A DNA stretch of 64,000 nt, from positions 17,911 through 81,910 of the IMG/VR virus record IMGVR_UViG_3300005076_000003; one strand, written 5' to 3'. Made by a program: the position numbers and the translations under genes. The DNA is from a virus. Taxonomy: Duplodnaviria > Caudoviricetes. The notes under the pieces are model-generated. The model saw only the letters and a program-made list of their open reading frames with translations. It was not told the origin of the DNA and ran no database searches. Below are positions 48,964 through 59,969 of this stretch, in pieces (the first letter of the stretch is position 1; each line of letters starts with the position of its first letter).

Positions 48964-50437
48964 AATCGTTTAGAGCTTCATTAAATACTTGCTCAAATTC
49001 TGCTGGCAGTTGTATATTCAACTTAGCTCGTGTACAAGCTACATAGAATAAGTTAATTTCTTGTTGGTTGTAACCTTTCTCATGTGGAAGTTTTAGAATA
49101 GTTTCTACAGGAAAGTCATCACCAACAATTACATTATCCCACTCCATACCTTTACTCTTGTGTGCTGTAATCAGAAGAATATCAAAATCACTTGATTGTT
49201 TCTTCATCTTGTTCAAAGCTGATAAGTAGCGTTGTGTTTGATTACCTAATACAATATTTACAATCCGTTTGTATTCTATGTGTTCATCTAAAGCTTCCAG
49301 CAAATCGTTCCATGTACCATATAGAGAAATATCTTCATCTTTTACATTCTTAGAATCTCCAATGAATAAAGCTTCAACACTCTTTAATAAGCTTTCAAAC
49401 TTAGTTGTGTCGATCTCGCACTTAACACGTTTACCAGCAGATAATAGGCGTACAGCATTGTCAATCAAACAAGCATTGGTGCGAAAGATCATTGTGTACT
49501 GTTCTGTGTTCACTTGGGTAACACTGCTCTCAATTGTTGGTGTTCCTTTAATATGTATCTGCCCATCAATAATGTATGTAGCTAACTCAGCAATGGAGTT
49601 ACCAAAGCGGAACGATTGAGACAATACCTTTGTTGGTGCTTCAATATTCTCCATAGCGTTTACAGCCTGTCGCCACTGATAGATACTTTGAAAAGAATCT
49701 CCAACATAGACAATCTTACAGTGCTTCTGATTCATAATAACATCTAGCATTACAGGGTTAGCATCTTGTGCCTCATCAAAGTAGATAATATCATAAGGTA
49801 GTTGTGGTTTAGATAACTGCCATAGTTTTAAGTATGTATCATGCTCTGCCATAACTACAGAGTTTGGATTAATACGATCACACCATAAAATATTTGCATA
49901 TCGAACAATCTTATCTTTAAGAGTAGGTTCATCAATATCAGGGTGTGTATCTAAAACTTCTTTTAACTGTTTATACGGAATGTTCTTAATTGTGATGTGT
50001 TCATCCATACTGTTCTGAAAGCGATTCACAGTATCTTTGATTAGTGTTGCAATTGTACGTGCTGTAACAGCTACACCTTCTCGTGGTGTAATATCTTCAA
50101 TGCGATAATACTTAACAATCTCTGAAACAGTTTTAGCTACATTAATATAACCAATACCCTTCACTCTACTTAGTTTGTGTTGTAACATACTTCCAAAGAC
50201 ACTGTAAGCTAGTGAGTGTGTTGTTCTACAGTTTACATTCTTAGGGAATTTGTTTTGTGCTTCTGTAGCAACAGTTTTGTTATAACAAACATACAACGAT
50301 GGTTGGTTGTTTTGTTCAGCTAACATTTTCAATGTGCTAGATTTACCTGACCCAGCACATGCGTTTACTTTAAGAATACGATGTTCTTTGAATGAATCTA
50401 AGATTGTCTGTTGTTCGTGTGTTGGTGTTAGTTGCAT
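48938..50437 (-). CDS. SF1 (UvrD/Rep-like) DNA helicase
   Basis: ACAGSGKSS, FDEAQD, VGDSFQSIY.WR, SFRFG, TAHKSKG.EWD, YVACTRAK. Confidence 0.92.
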   Translation of the reverse strand: MQLTPTHEQQTILDSFKEHRILKVNACAGSGKSSTLKMLAEQNNQPSLYVCYNKTVATEAQNKFPKNVNCRTTHSLAYSVFGSMLQHKLSRVKGIGYINVAKTVSEIVKYYRIEDITPREGVAVTARTIATLIKDTVNRFQNSMDEHITIKNIPYKQLKEVLDTHPDIDEPTLKDKIVRYANILWCDRINPNSVVMAEHDTYLKLWQLSKPQLPYDIIYFDEAQDANPVMLDVIMNQKHCKIVYVGDSFQSIYQWRQAVNAMENIEAPTKVLSQSFRFGNSIAELATYIIDGQIHIKGTPTIESSVTQVNTEQYTMIFRTNACLIDNAVRLLSAGKRVKCEIDTTKFESLLKSVEALFIGDSKNVKDEDISLYGTWNDLLEALDEHIEYKRIVNIVLGNQTQRYLSALNKMKKQSSDFDILLITAHKSKGMEWDNVIVGDDFPVETILKLPHEKGYNQQEINLFYVACTRAKLNIQLPAEFEQVFNEALNDYEEEDFDD

Positions 50438-51822
50438 TTTATATCTCCTATAGATTGTGTGTAAGTGTACTTGGGTTTTTATTCTGTGTCAACATTTAGG
50501 GTAAAAATCCCCAAAGTTCATAACCACAATATAAGTGTTCGTAGTATTTCATTTCAAGATCATCTCTGTCTGTGTAATTCTCTCCTGTGTGATAAGCATA
50601 AGCTAATAGTTCTAAAGCATCAGTCAAATACCCAACTAACTTACCATCTACAACAAGAACATCATAACCACAAATCCAATGATAATAAGATGAGATTTTA
50701 TTCGCATGAGGATATAGAGATTTCATATAAGGATCATTGTAGATAACCTCATCATCTGAATACAACTCATTAACACCATCTGATATTTCTTTCTGTTCCT
50801 GTACTTTTGAATATCTATTTAATTTAGTAAAGTTGAAGGCAGTGCAGCATTTACAACCTAGTCGTCTAGTCAACTTACCTTTCATGTTTACTTGACCGTA
50901 ACCTTGCATTTCATATCTCCTCTGTTTTTGCACTAATAAGCTTTTCTTGATACTTCTCAATATCAACATAGAACATTTGTTGCCAGTAGTGTCCAACTCC
51001 GTTCCATAAGTAGACATCTTCACCATCTATTTTCCAATAGATGTTATATGTTCTCATTTTTTCATAGTGCGTGTGGTCTTGTGGAACTATATCCAGTTTT
51101 CGGTTTCTAAAAAGTTTTTTAAACATTAAAATTCTCCTTTGTTTAATTAAATTGATTATACATATTTCATTTCTGTGTGTCAAATAAAAAGAGAGTGGTT
51201 AACTCTATCCATTCATTCGTTCTATACATCTTCTAACTTGTCGATACGCTCTAACTCATCGTATAAGTCTTCAATATCTTTAGATGTAACGCCTTCAACT
51301 ACAGCTTTATTTATTGCTTGCTGGTAGACATCTTCCTTTACCCACTTAATTATCTCATCACTGCTTGAACCAAAACTCATGATTCATCTCCTACTCAACA
51401 ACTTCGAAACGTGACATAGAAAAAGAAAACCGTTTCCACTCTTTAATAAATACTCGATTATCTAGCGCATTAAAGGTTGTATCAGCTGTGTAGATTTCTC
51501 CTACCTTTAAGACTTTCTGTTTACTATCGTCAATACATTTGATCTTTTGGTTATGCTTAAATTTCATCTTTACTCCATACAAATTGTAACGTATCAATAT
51601 GAGCTTCTAATAAAGATTTCAAAGCTATCTGTTGTTGTGGTGTTAAAGTGATATACATACCATCTTGTAAGATCATAATGTTCCCATCTTCATCTTGTAA
51701 GTATGTTACTTCTTCTGTTACTAATGTTTGTGCAGCTAAGAAGTGTTCTTCTGCGTTCATTTAATAATCTCCTTAAATTGAATATATCAACCATATTACA
51801 CCCATATTTTCAATAAAGCAAG

Positions 51823-51845
51823 AAAAAGGGGACATAAAGTCCCCT
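51823..51845 (-). terminator. Intrinsic terminator
   Basis: aggggac-ataaa-gtcccct with an A5 tract on + (U tract on -). Confidence 0.7.
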
Positions 51846-52118
51846 AATTTTCATTTAATCGTTATATTGCCACCTAAACCACTTATTTATTTTCATTTTA
51901 TGAAAATCGTGAGTACATTCGTGCTCAGTCTTTAACACCAAACATTTAACAATGATAAGGTTCAACCAAAGGTGTTGTAGATATGCTCTAACGCCCATAC
52001 CTTCTCCGTTACATGAATAGTGACAATGTTTTTCATAAAACCAAGAGGGTAATATTCCAAAATACAGGGATTTAAATATGGCGTAACCCCTTTGTCTTAA
52101 ACTTAACATTACTGACTA

Positions 52119-52133
52119 CCCCCCCCCCCCCCC
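52119..52133 (-). repeat. G15 homopolymer (C15 on +)
   Basis: 15 consecutive C, encoding KGGGGG at the end of ORF 52109-52399. Confidence 0.85.
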
Positions 52134-53260
52134 TTAATCACCAATTTATCTGTTTTATGAGATGTTTCTCCGATTAGGTCATGCACTTCGTAATGAAGTT
52201 TAAAAGTCTCCATCAGACTCTCTAGGTTGGTCTCTTTCTTAAATACACCATATATCTCGTTTGAGGATTCATCTAATTCTGATTCATAACCATGTTCATT
52301 CTTTAACCATGTAACCATTGCTGAAAAAGATGAGAATACACCTTCTGTGTATTTATTTAATTCCCAATCTACAGACTTTAAGATATAAACTTTACTCATC
52401 CTTCAACTCCTTAACATTACGAATTGGTTTACCTACATATTGGTAATCACTTAATTCTAAGTTATTCAAAAGACAATATCCGACAGTTGTTTTATCCAAG
52501 AAAAAACTCTGCTCGTTTATTTAAAAATTCTAAATCCTCTGAGCTTCCTGCAACGGTTGCGATATACTCTAAAAACGGTTCTTTAGGGTCAGTCCCTTCT
52601 ACATAAAAAGTATGGGTTGGAATCTTACTTCCACTATTCTTCCACAATAAATTTACATAAGTTGTGTCTTTAGATAGTGCCAGTTTAAGCACTCTGTTAA
52701 TTAACTTGAGTCGATCTTTTAAAGATAAGACATTCATTTTTTCTTACCCTTCTGTTTATTTCGTAATTTACGAGAAGCTCGTAGTTTAATACGTGTTGAA
52801 TGTTTAGGTACAGTCTCTTTCCACTTCTCTTGTGTTTCGTTCACTTCTCGTTGATACCAAGAAGTTTCAAACTTATAAGTAGTTTTACCAACGATAACAT
52901 CGTGCATCTTTCCATCAGTGTAAAGTTCAGTAGACTCATAACCTTGTCCTAACATATCTGAAACCCAACCAATGTGTTTAGAACCTTTAGCTACTTTGCT
53001 TTTCATTTTCCGCTTTTTATAAAGGCTCATCACAACAAGTGTAACAATTAAAGCTATAAACGATAAAATAAATAATAACACAAATACATCCATAAACTAA
53101 TTCTCCGAACAGTGCGCAATCGCTTCTTCTAATGTGTCAAACCATCTTGTTTCAACATAAGATTTAGAACAACGAAAACATTTATCCCAAAAGTGTATTT
53201 CAACCGTCCAATCTTTTATGTACAAAATATTTTTATCGAACTCTGCTTGCGCTTCAATAC

Positions 53261-53632
53261 TCATATCCAATCTCCGACACATATCAGATAAACTTGTTTA
53301 CTAAACTCATTACTTAAATAAGCTTTACCGTATCTACTCTCAACAATATTTAATTGCCAAGCAGCGTATGTAATTTCATCTAAGATAAGTTTAATATCTT
53401 TCTCAGCTTGTGTTGTTGGTGCAGGAGCTACTGAAATAGCAACTTCATAACTAACTCCATTCTGACGAGCATTAGATACATCTTCTGCAAACTCAGCAAT
53501 ACTCTCGCAGAGAGTCAATTCAACACCAACAGGGTTTAAGGTATTATCTACTATTTGTGCATACACTGGTGAATACTGACAAGAGAGTAGTAGAATTGCA
53601 CCTATAGATAGTAATTTGTTTTTAAGTTTCAT
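53261..53632 (-). CDS. Exported / lipoprotein-like hypothetical protein
   Basis: MKLKNKLLSIGAILLLSC signal peptide with a possible lipobox. Confidence 0.55.
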   Translation of the reverse strand: MKLKNKLLSIGAILLLSCQYSPVYAQIVDNTLNPVGVELTLCESIAEFAEDVSNARQNGVSYEVAISVAPAPTTQAEKDIKLILDEITYAAWQLNIVESRYGKAYLSNEFSKQVYLICVGDWI

Positions 53633-53678
53633 GGTAAATCTCCTTAATTAGTCTGTTATTCAAATATAATACAACTGA

Positions 53679-54095
53679 CTAAGTGTTGTCAATCATTTGT
53701 TCAACAATAACCCCGTTTTGTTGTAAGTGCTTTAACCCGTCATCACTTCGGTAAGTGTGCTTGTAGATGAAGTGCGTGATTCCAGCATCTACAATATCAA
53801 TAGCGCAGAAATAACAACATGCATGAGTACACAGCATTGTTGCACCAACAGCATTTTCATTACTTTTAATCAAACCCATTAACGCATTTTTCTCACTATG
53901 CCTAACACGAGGGTCGGTTTGCCCATTGGGTAGTTGATTTGGTGCTGTGATGTGCTCGGTGTGTGCGTTATACCCCGTGCTTACTATGTTGTTATTTTTT
54001 ACAATAACAGACCCGACTTTCAAACGATCATCGTTTGAACAATCCGCTAAACACTGAGCAATATTCATATACATTTTCTTATGTTTATTTTTCAT
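53679..54095 (-). CDS. dCMP deaminase
   Basis: LKVGSVIVK, GYN, HSEKNAL, CTHACCYFC Zn motif. Confidence 0.88.
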   Translation of the reverse strand: MKNKHKKMYMNIAQCLADCSNDDRLKVGSVIVKNNNIVSTGYNAHTEHITAPNQLPNGQTDPRVRHSEKNALMGLIKSNENAVGATMLCTHACCYFCAIDIVDAGITHFIYKHTYRSDDGLKHLQQNGVIVEQMIDNT

Positions 54096-54601
54096 TTGCA
54101 ACCTCCATGAAAAACGCTATAACCAAGCTTCTCTTTAATATCATCCCTCCAAATTTTCGCTAATTCTAGAGCTTCTTCTAAAGTGTACTTATTTAAGGAA
54201 AACACTCTACGCTTGATTTTACCTTTATCGGAAATACTGCAAACTAATATATCCGAACCTCTACTCTTAGATAAGTAACACCCTGCAACACCTAGTTTAT
54301 TACTTTTGTAAACTGTTTTATTTCTCTGTTGTTCTTCTTTTGTAATCCACCTACAATTCTCTACGGTGTAATTCCCAGTAGGGTCGATTCTGTCTAAAGT
54401 TAAGTGATTCTCATATGTGTGCTTCATGTCATCCCAAAAATTTTCAAAAAACTCCCATGAGTTTTGGTAGGTAATTCCTCTTTCTTTGTAGAATTTAAAG
54501 GACTTTCTTTCGTTACTATTACAACGTCTTTTCATGTCTGCCCAAATGTACCAAGGTCTACTGTGAGACATACCATGTTTTTTGTTCCCGTGTTCTTTCA
54601 T
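54092..54601 (-). mobile_element. HNH-AP2 homing endonuclease gene
   Basis: WADMKRRC...YKERGI...LTLDRIDPTGNYTVENCRWIT..EQ.RN. Confidence 0.85.
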
Positions 54602-54741
54602 TTCAACCACCACACCCATCCGATTAAAATGCAGATGCTAACGCCTAGTACCATCTTCATAATGTCTCCTGATATTTCTTGTGTTGTCATCCCTACTGTA
54701 CAAAGTAAGCAGAGAAGTAATCCGAATATTAACCAACCCAT
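54598..54741 (-). CDS. 47-aa two-TM membrane protein (absent from the ORF track)
   Basis: MGWLIFGLLLCLLCTVG...MVLGVSICILIGWVWWLK; ATGA coupling to the HNH gene. Confidence 0.55.
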   Translation of the reverse strand: MGWLIFGLLLCLLCTVGMTTQEISGDIMKMVLGVSICILIGWVWWLK

Positions 54742-54753
54742 TCAATCTTCTCC

Positions 54754-55641
54754 TTAACTAATATCTTCTATGTGTCTAAACCAAACAAAAGAAGGGCATC
54801 TCGGCTTATCTTTAGCCCCCACACTCATATAGCGAATTGATGCTAACTTTCCTAAATACTTATCTTGATTAGACCAGATTTCATACCTAAGAGCATCCGA
54901 AAAACCCGTGCCACAGTTAAATGTATCATCACCATACTTCAATACTAAACTACCTAGTGTATTTGTAGGGACTAAACCATCTTTTGCGCTACTACGTTCA
55001 GCATAACCTAATTCATCACGCTTCTGTTCATTTGTGTTGTGCATACGTTCATTAAACCCTACAACCTCAAAGTCTTCTTGTTGAAAGAACTTAAACTTAA
55101 TAGATAACTGCTCTTTAGGTGTTGATCTTCCATACTTATAAACACCATCAGGATTCCTGCCAATCAAACCTTCACCACCTTTTACTTTCTCCTTACTTAG
55201 TAACTTTGTTAGTTCTTCCTCTGTTTTAATGTACCACTGTTGTGTAGCTACCACATTAGGGAATTGATCTAATACAAGTTTGTCATTTAAGGTGTACAGA
55301 CGTTCTTTATATGTTTCTGTATTATTTGTAAAGACATCAAAAACATAATAAGTTACATTAGGTGTTCCATCTGTAGACATGACACCTGATGTTGTCTTTT
55401 GAAAAACATCTTTAGCATAAATATCACCAACGATTAGTTCACCATCAAAACCGTTGTACTCCTGTTTACCAAAAAGCTTTTGTACGTGTTTGTTGCGAAT
55501 AGGTTTTAAACTTCTGCTGTAAACAACCCCATCAATTACTAAAGCTCTAATACCATCAAATTTGGTACTTACGTAGATAGGGAATTTAATCTTATCGAAA
55601 GGTACTTCACATGATAATAGTGGGCGTATATTGTTAATCAT
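54754..55641 (-). CDS. lig: ATP-dependent DNA ligase
   Basis: STKFDGIRA (KxDGxR), FDGEL, YVFD, EGLI, KFKFF, CGTGFS, PRCPSF. Confidence 0.92.
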   Translation of the reverse strand: MINNIRPLLSCEVPFDKIKFPIYVSTKFDGIRALVIDGVVYSRSLKPIRNKHVQKLFGKQEYNGFDGELIVGDIYAKDVFQKTTSGVMSTDGTPNVTYYVFDVFTNNTETYKERLYTLNDKLVLDQFPNVVATQQWYIKTEEELTKLLSKEKVKGGEGLIGRNPDGVYKYGRSTPKEQLSIKFKFFQQEDFEVVGFNERMHNTNEQKRDELGYAERSSAKDGLVPTNTLGSLVLKYGDDTFNCGTGFSDALRYEIWSNQDKYLGKLASIRYMSVGAKDKPRCPSFVWFRHIEDIS

Positions 55642-56440
55642 TTATATCAACCTTGTAATTTAATAGTGCAACATAAGAACGTTCATCAATATCATTCATG
55701 TATTTTTGCGCTAGCTCTTTCACATATATTTCCTTTTCAACTTTGTAAGCGCTAAATGCGTCTAACTCGGTGTCAAATAGCCCCACATAAATGGGTTTAC
55801 TATATTTTTTAATGTTTGCTTGATACTTGTTTAATTTCTTATTGTAACACACGCCAATCAGGTGTTCCCCTCGTATACTGTTACTTTTTACTAGTAAAGT
55901 ATTCAGTGAATGTGGTATGAATACACATCCGTCTTCTGAATAGGCCTTGTTATTTTTAATAAGTAAATCTTTATCAATTTCAAAGTATTTTCCTTTTTCG
56001 TCTAATGAATTAAACCCCACTTGGTTATTGCACCATTCGTAAAAATATTCATACGATTTGAAATTTTCCGATACTTCACAACCCTTATATGTTGATAATG
56101 ATTTCCTTTCACTTTTACTATAAACTCGACTAAGAATTGATAACCATAGTGAATATTCTCTTATCTTCTTCCCATTCATTGATGTTGGATATTTACTACC
56201 TATGACACCCACACCATAAGCTGTTCTAACCATCTTATCTCTAACTTTACCGTATAATATATTGTCGAATTTCGCATTAGTTACCCAACCCGTATCCTCA
56301 AATTTAACACAGCAGTAACCACCACTCAACCTCTCTGTTACTGTTAAGTATCCGTAACCTTTGGTTTTTAGTTTTATATTGCCATCAATAATTTTATCTA
56401 TATCTTTTATATAGTAATTATTTAGTTTGTTACAACCCAT
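55634..56440 (-). mobile_element. Free-standing HNH homing endonuclease gene
   Basis: EIDKDLLIKNNKAYSEDGCVFIP; AP2-like tail. Confidence 0.85.
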
Positions 56441-56488
56441 TTATTTATCCTCACTATTTAAACTTTTACTCTGGTGTTTAATTTTCAT

Positions 56489-56959
56489 TTATTTCTCCTT
56501 AGACATTATCTCAATATGTTTACCCAGCACACCGATGTATTTCATATACTTAGCAAATCGTTCCAAATCCGTACAAATCAAACTCTGTGTGGCATTCTGC
56601 GTAGCATCGTGTAACTTAATCAGTGCAGCTATAGGTGATGTACATACACGCTCTAAATATGCCTCTCTTGACTCACCTTTACGTTTAGTTAAGCAGTCAA
56701 CATAAAGTGCTACACTTGTTCCAAACTCTTTACTAATCTCTTCAATTGTTACATCACAATCTTCAACACAATCATGTAGGTAAGCAGAGATTAAGATTTC
56801 TTCCTTGTGTGCTCCATAGCAATATTCTTGATTAATTGAACCATCAAGAGAGTATACTACACTACATACATGGTATAAGAAGTAATCTTTGTTTCCATAC
56901 TTTTGTCCTTTATGCTTATCTTGTGCGAATAGCATAGCTTTCTTAACTTGATTACTCAT
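56489..56959 (-). CDS. HD-domain hydrolase, RelA/SpoT hydrolase (Mesh1/SAH)-like
   Basis: FAQDKHKGQ...YHV..V...YLHDCVED...V..LT...IKLHD..QN. Confidence 0.8.
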   Translation of the reverse strand: MSNQVKKAMLFAQDKHKGQKYGNKDYFLYHVCSVVYSLDGSINQEYCYGAHKEEILISAYLHDCVEDCDVTIEEISKEFGTSVALYVDCLTKRKGESREAYLERVCTSPIAALIKLHDATQNATQSLICTDLERFAKYMKYIGVLGKHIEIMSKEK

Positions 56960-56969
56960 TTAACAATCC

Positions 56970-57955
56970 TCAATACTTCTTAATACGAATACCTGATAAT
57001 TGGAACTCATCGTCAGATACTCTTGTATAAAAGTTACTTGCTGAACTAACCCCACTATCTAGGACTGTTTTAAAATATGCAAATTCGCTGTTAGGTAAAC
57101 AAACAATTAAATCATCTTTATCTTTACCTAATTTAGTCAATGCTCCGTTTATTGACATAAGACCATCTTTTAATTTCTTGAAAGCTTCTAGTTCTTTAGT
57201 GTCCATTTTAAACTCCTAAATTCCTTGTTTAAACTTACCATTTTCAATAAACCAAACTTCTTCTGTACCCCATTCTCCCTCGTGTAAACCTGTTTTCAGC
57301 AAATCTAATACGAATACTACATCTACGTCATCCTCGTCTTCAGATAGTACTTCCAATTCTATGAGGCTGTAAGCAATTCCAATCCGATCTTCTACAAAAG
57401 ATTCGATACTATCGTAGATCTCAGTTTCTAATCCGTTATCATCGAAATCAGCATTAATATATAAAAGTTGCATAACATATCTCCTTAAATAATAACTTTC
57501 TTAATCTTTCGTATTTTACCACACTTTCTACATACTTCATACCACTCGTCTGTCAGAATACAGCTCTCACATTCCCAGCGATGAGGTATACAGAATAACC
57601 TTCGTAGTAGTTTTAACATAACTTAATCCTCTCATAAATTATAAGTTAACAACATCTGTGTTCCTTGATCAGATAAAGCAGACTCTTTGTATAAATCATA
57701 CAAGCATCGTACATCATCTGAATCCCAACTACGTTCTCTACGAGCTTCATTTGAACATAAAGAGATTTCTCTCATTTCTTCGAGTAATTCTTTTTCAGAT
57801 ACTCCATAAATTTCTTGCGTACTTCCGTATTTTAAGAAGTTCTCCAATAAATCTTCTTTAGACTTAGAGATATAGACGCCATCATCGTCAATGTCAAATA
57901 TTTTATACCCGTTTACTTGTAAATTACAAGGTTTACCGTTATTTAAACAACTCAT
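56970..57955 (-). other. Four hypothetical CDS (56970-57206, 57216-57473 very acidic, 57485-57619 Zn-ribbon, 57632-57955)
   Basis: AGGAG RBS before each start. Confidence 0.6.
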
Positions 57956-57956
57956 T

Positions 57957-58147
57957 TTAACTCTCCTGATCATCAAATGTTACTGTTAATAGGTACTTTG
58001 CCTTAGTACTTCCGAAACTTGCGTCAAAATCATAAGCTACACTAGAACATTGTTGAATTATGTTGTGCTTATATTTGGAGCAATACTTGTCCAAAATTAC
58101 TTGCAATTCACTTTGACCATCTGCTGCAAATACTTAATATATTTCAC
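57957..58147 (-). pseudogene. Small gene with a -1 frameshift near its start
   Basis: Adding one A (ATT AA to ATT AAA) gives MKYIKVFAADGQSELQVILDKYC...FDDQES. The span is 191 nt. Confidence 0.55.
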
Positions 58148-58327
58148 TCTTTATCTCCTTTATAAAATAAACTTAAAACAAACAATATCACTAAGAATAT
58201 ACTAGCTACAATTAAAACTTGTAAAAAGAATATCACAAGTGTAGGTATTAGGAAAGCAATTCCTGTAATAATTAGAATTGTTACGATAAAACGTAGTATA
58301 TAATCTAGCACTCTTTAATCTCCTGCG

Positions 58328-58744
58328 TCAATAGTAAAAGTAAATTCTATTTAAGTTTGGATCAGCTCTTCTGTAGACATTTACACAACAAAAATCATAA
58401 TCCTCTATAACCCACTTCTTTTCGAACCAACTGTTATCTTTATAACTTTTTGGCGCACCAAGTCTGTACCAGTCTAGGTAGTATTTTTCATCTAAGTTCC
58501 AAATGCTAAACCAATCTAACCACCAAAAGTAAGGACTCTCAACTTTCTTATACTCTTTCCAAAACTTATAACAATCTTTAAGGAATTGTTTTCGTGTAAT
58601 TGAATCTTCACGTTTCTTAATCTTAGCTAGAGTACATTTATGTTTCTCTTGTTCAACAACATCTTTAATCACAAGTTTATCACCTTTAATTACTCTGATC
58701 GGTGGTGGAAGCGGTGGCGGTGGAATTTCTTGATTAGGTTTCAT
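58328..58744 (-). CDS. Hypothetical protein with Pro-rich N-terminus
   Basis: GGAG RBS before ATG 58744. The upstream ORF extension lies in a terminator hairpin at 58763-58799. Confidence 0.6.
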   Translation of the reverse strand: MKPNQEIPPPPLPPPIRVIKGDKLVIKDVVEQEKHKCTLAKIKKREDSITRKQFLKDCYKFWKEYKKVESPYFWWLDWFSIWNLDEKYYLDWYRLGAPKSYKDNSWFEKKWVIEDYDFCCVNVYRRADPNLNRIYFYY

Positions 58745-58816
58745 TATATCTCCATTCAAATAAAAAGGATAAGGCAATCATACGTCACCTTATCCTTTTG
58801 TGTCAACCAATATTAA

Positions 58817-59536
58817 TTAAGATGGAAGAATCTTCTTTTTCTTAGGTTTGATGTAAGCTCCTTCAATGTCATCTTCCTGTTCCTTTTGAAAAGCTTCTAA
58901 TTCAGCTTCAAACTCAGCTTCAAACTTCTTCTGTTGAAACTCTGTGTAAGCTTCTAATCGTTCACCCAGTTCCTCCGCATCAAAGTAGTAGTCTTGACCT
59001 TTCAACACATCATCAATCTCTTGTTCTGTCAAAAGTCCCTCATAAGCATCTCGAATCATCTTGTGTACACGTTTGCGATCAAACATAATTGAAGCGTAGT
59101 TCTCATGCTCCTTCCCGATCGTACCTGACGAAGCTGTGTGCACGAAGAACTCAGCTCGTGGGGAGATAGAGTATGTATGACAATTCAGGAAAATGATTGT
59201 TGAAGCGCTACCACACAAACTTTCAATATGTCCATGAACACGTGCTTGTGTATTCTGAATCGCATTGATGATTACGTCTGCTGTACCAAGTAACCCACCT
59301 CCTGAGTGAATACGGATGATAAACTCATCATCAGGTGAAGCATAGTTCAGAGCGTCAATTAAATCGAAGTAATCGTCTACCTCTGTAATTTCACCAAACA
59401 GCTTATAATCATAAGTATTAAATGTCGTTTCTTTAACCTGTAGACGGTTGGGTTTATCTAACGGGAGCATCGGAAACACATCAAAATCTGAATTGTTTGT
59501 GGTTTTACCAACTTTACCTAAAGTTTTATGTTTCAT
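58817..59536 (-). CDS. ClpP-like serine protease
   Basis: IRIHSGGG...I.NAI...SLCGSASTII...FFVH. Confidence 0.8.
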   Translation of the reverse strand: MKHKTLGKVGKTTNNSDFDVFPMLPLDKPNRLQVKETTFNTYDYKLFGEITEVDDYFDLIDALNYASPDDEFIIRIHSGGGLLGTADVIINAIQNTQARVHGHIESLCGSASTIIFLNCHTYSISPRAEFFVHTASSGTIGKEHENYASIMFDRKRVHKMIRDAYEGLLTEQEIDDVLKGQDYYFDAEELGERLEAYTEFQQKKFEAEFEAELEAFQKEQEDDIEGAYIKPKKKKILPS

Positions 59537-59546
59537 TTCTTTCTCC

Positions 59547-59968
59547 TTATTTAATTAAACTTAGCAATGGGTAAACAGTATACAAGAAGTACAGGAAAAC
59601 AACAAACCTAAAGTTAGTTCCAATTATTAAACCCAATTTAGAAGCCTTCTCTGTATTCAGTGTAGTCAATCTATAAAACTGGTAAATTGTTGATAATACC
59701 GTTACACTAACTAAATACCAAAACACAAAATAAATCATTTTAAACCTCCCTATTTGAATTTAGACACTAACACAGCAATCGTTACTTCATCACTGTACTT
59801 ATTATTAATTAAACTTAGTACAGTTTCAAGCGAATCTTGACTAAAGTATTCACGCAATGTCTCATCTTCAAACAACTGACCGATTTGTTCAATCAAATCT
59901 TGAGCTTCTTTGAAATCATCTTCTGTTAGTGTGCTAACAACATCTATAAATTTTTGCTGTGTAATCAT
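59547..59968 (-). other. Two hypothetical CDS (59547-59738 membrane, 59750-59968 acidic)
   Basis: RBS; hydrophobic segments in the first. Confidence 0.55.
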
Positions 59969-59969
59969 T

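Larger units (their letters stand above)
50496..53264 (-). other. Cluster of small hypothetical CDS (50496-50909, 50911-51126, 51222-51380, 51391-51567, 51557-51760, 51855-52109, 52109-52399, 52492-52737, 52734-53093 N-terminal TM, 53097-53264)
   Basis: Coupled same-strand ORFs with RBS. Confidence 0.6.
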
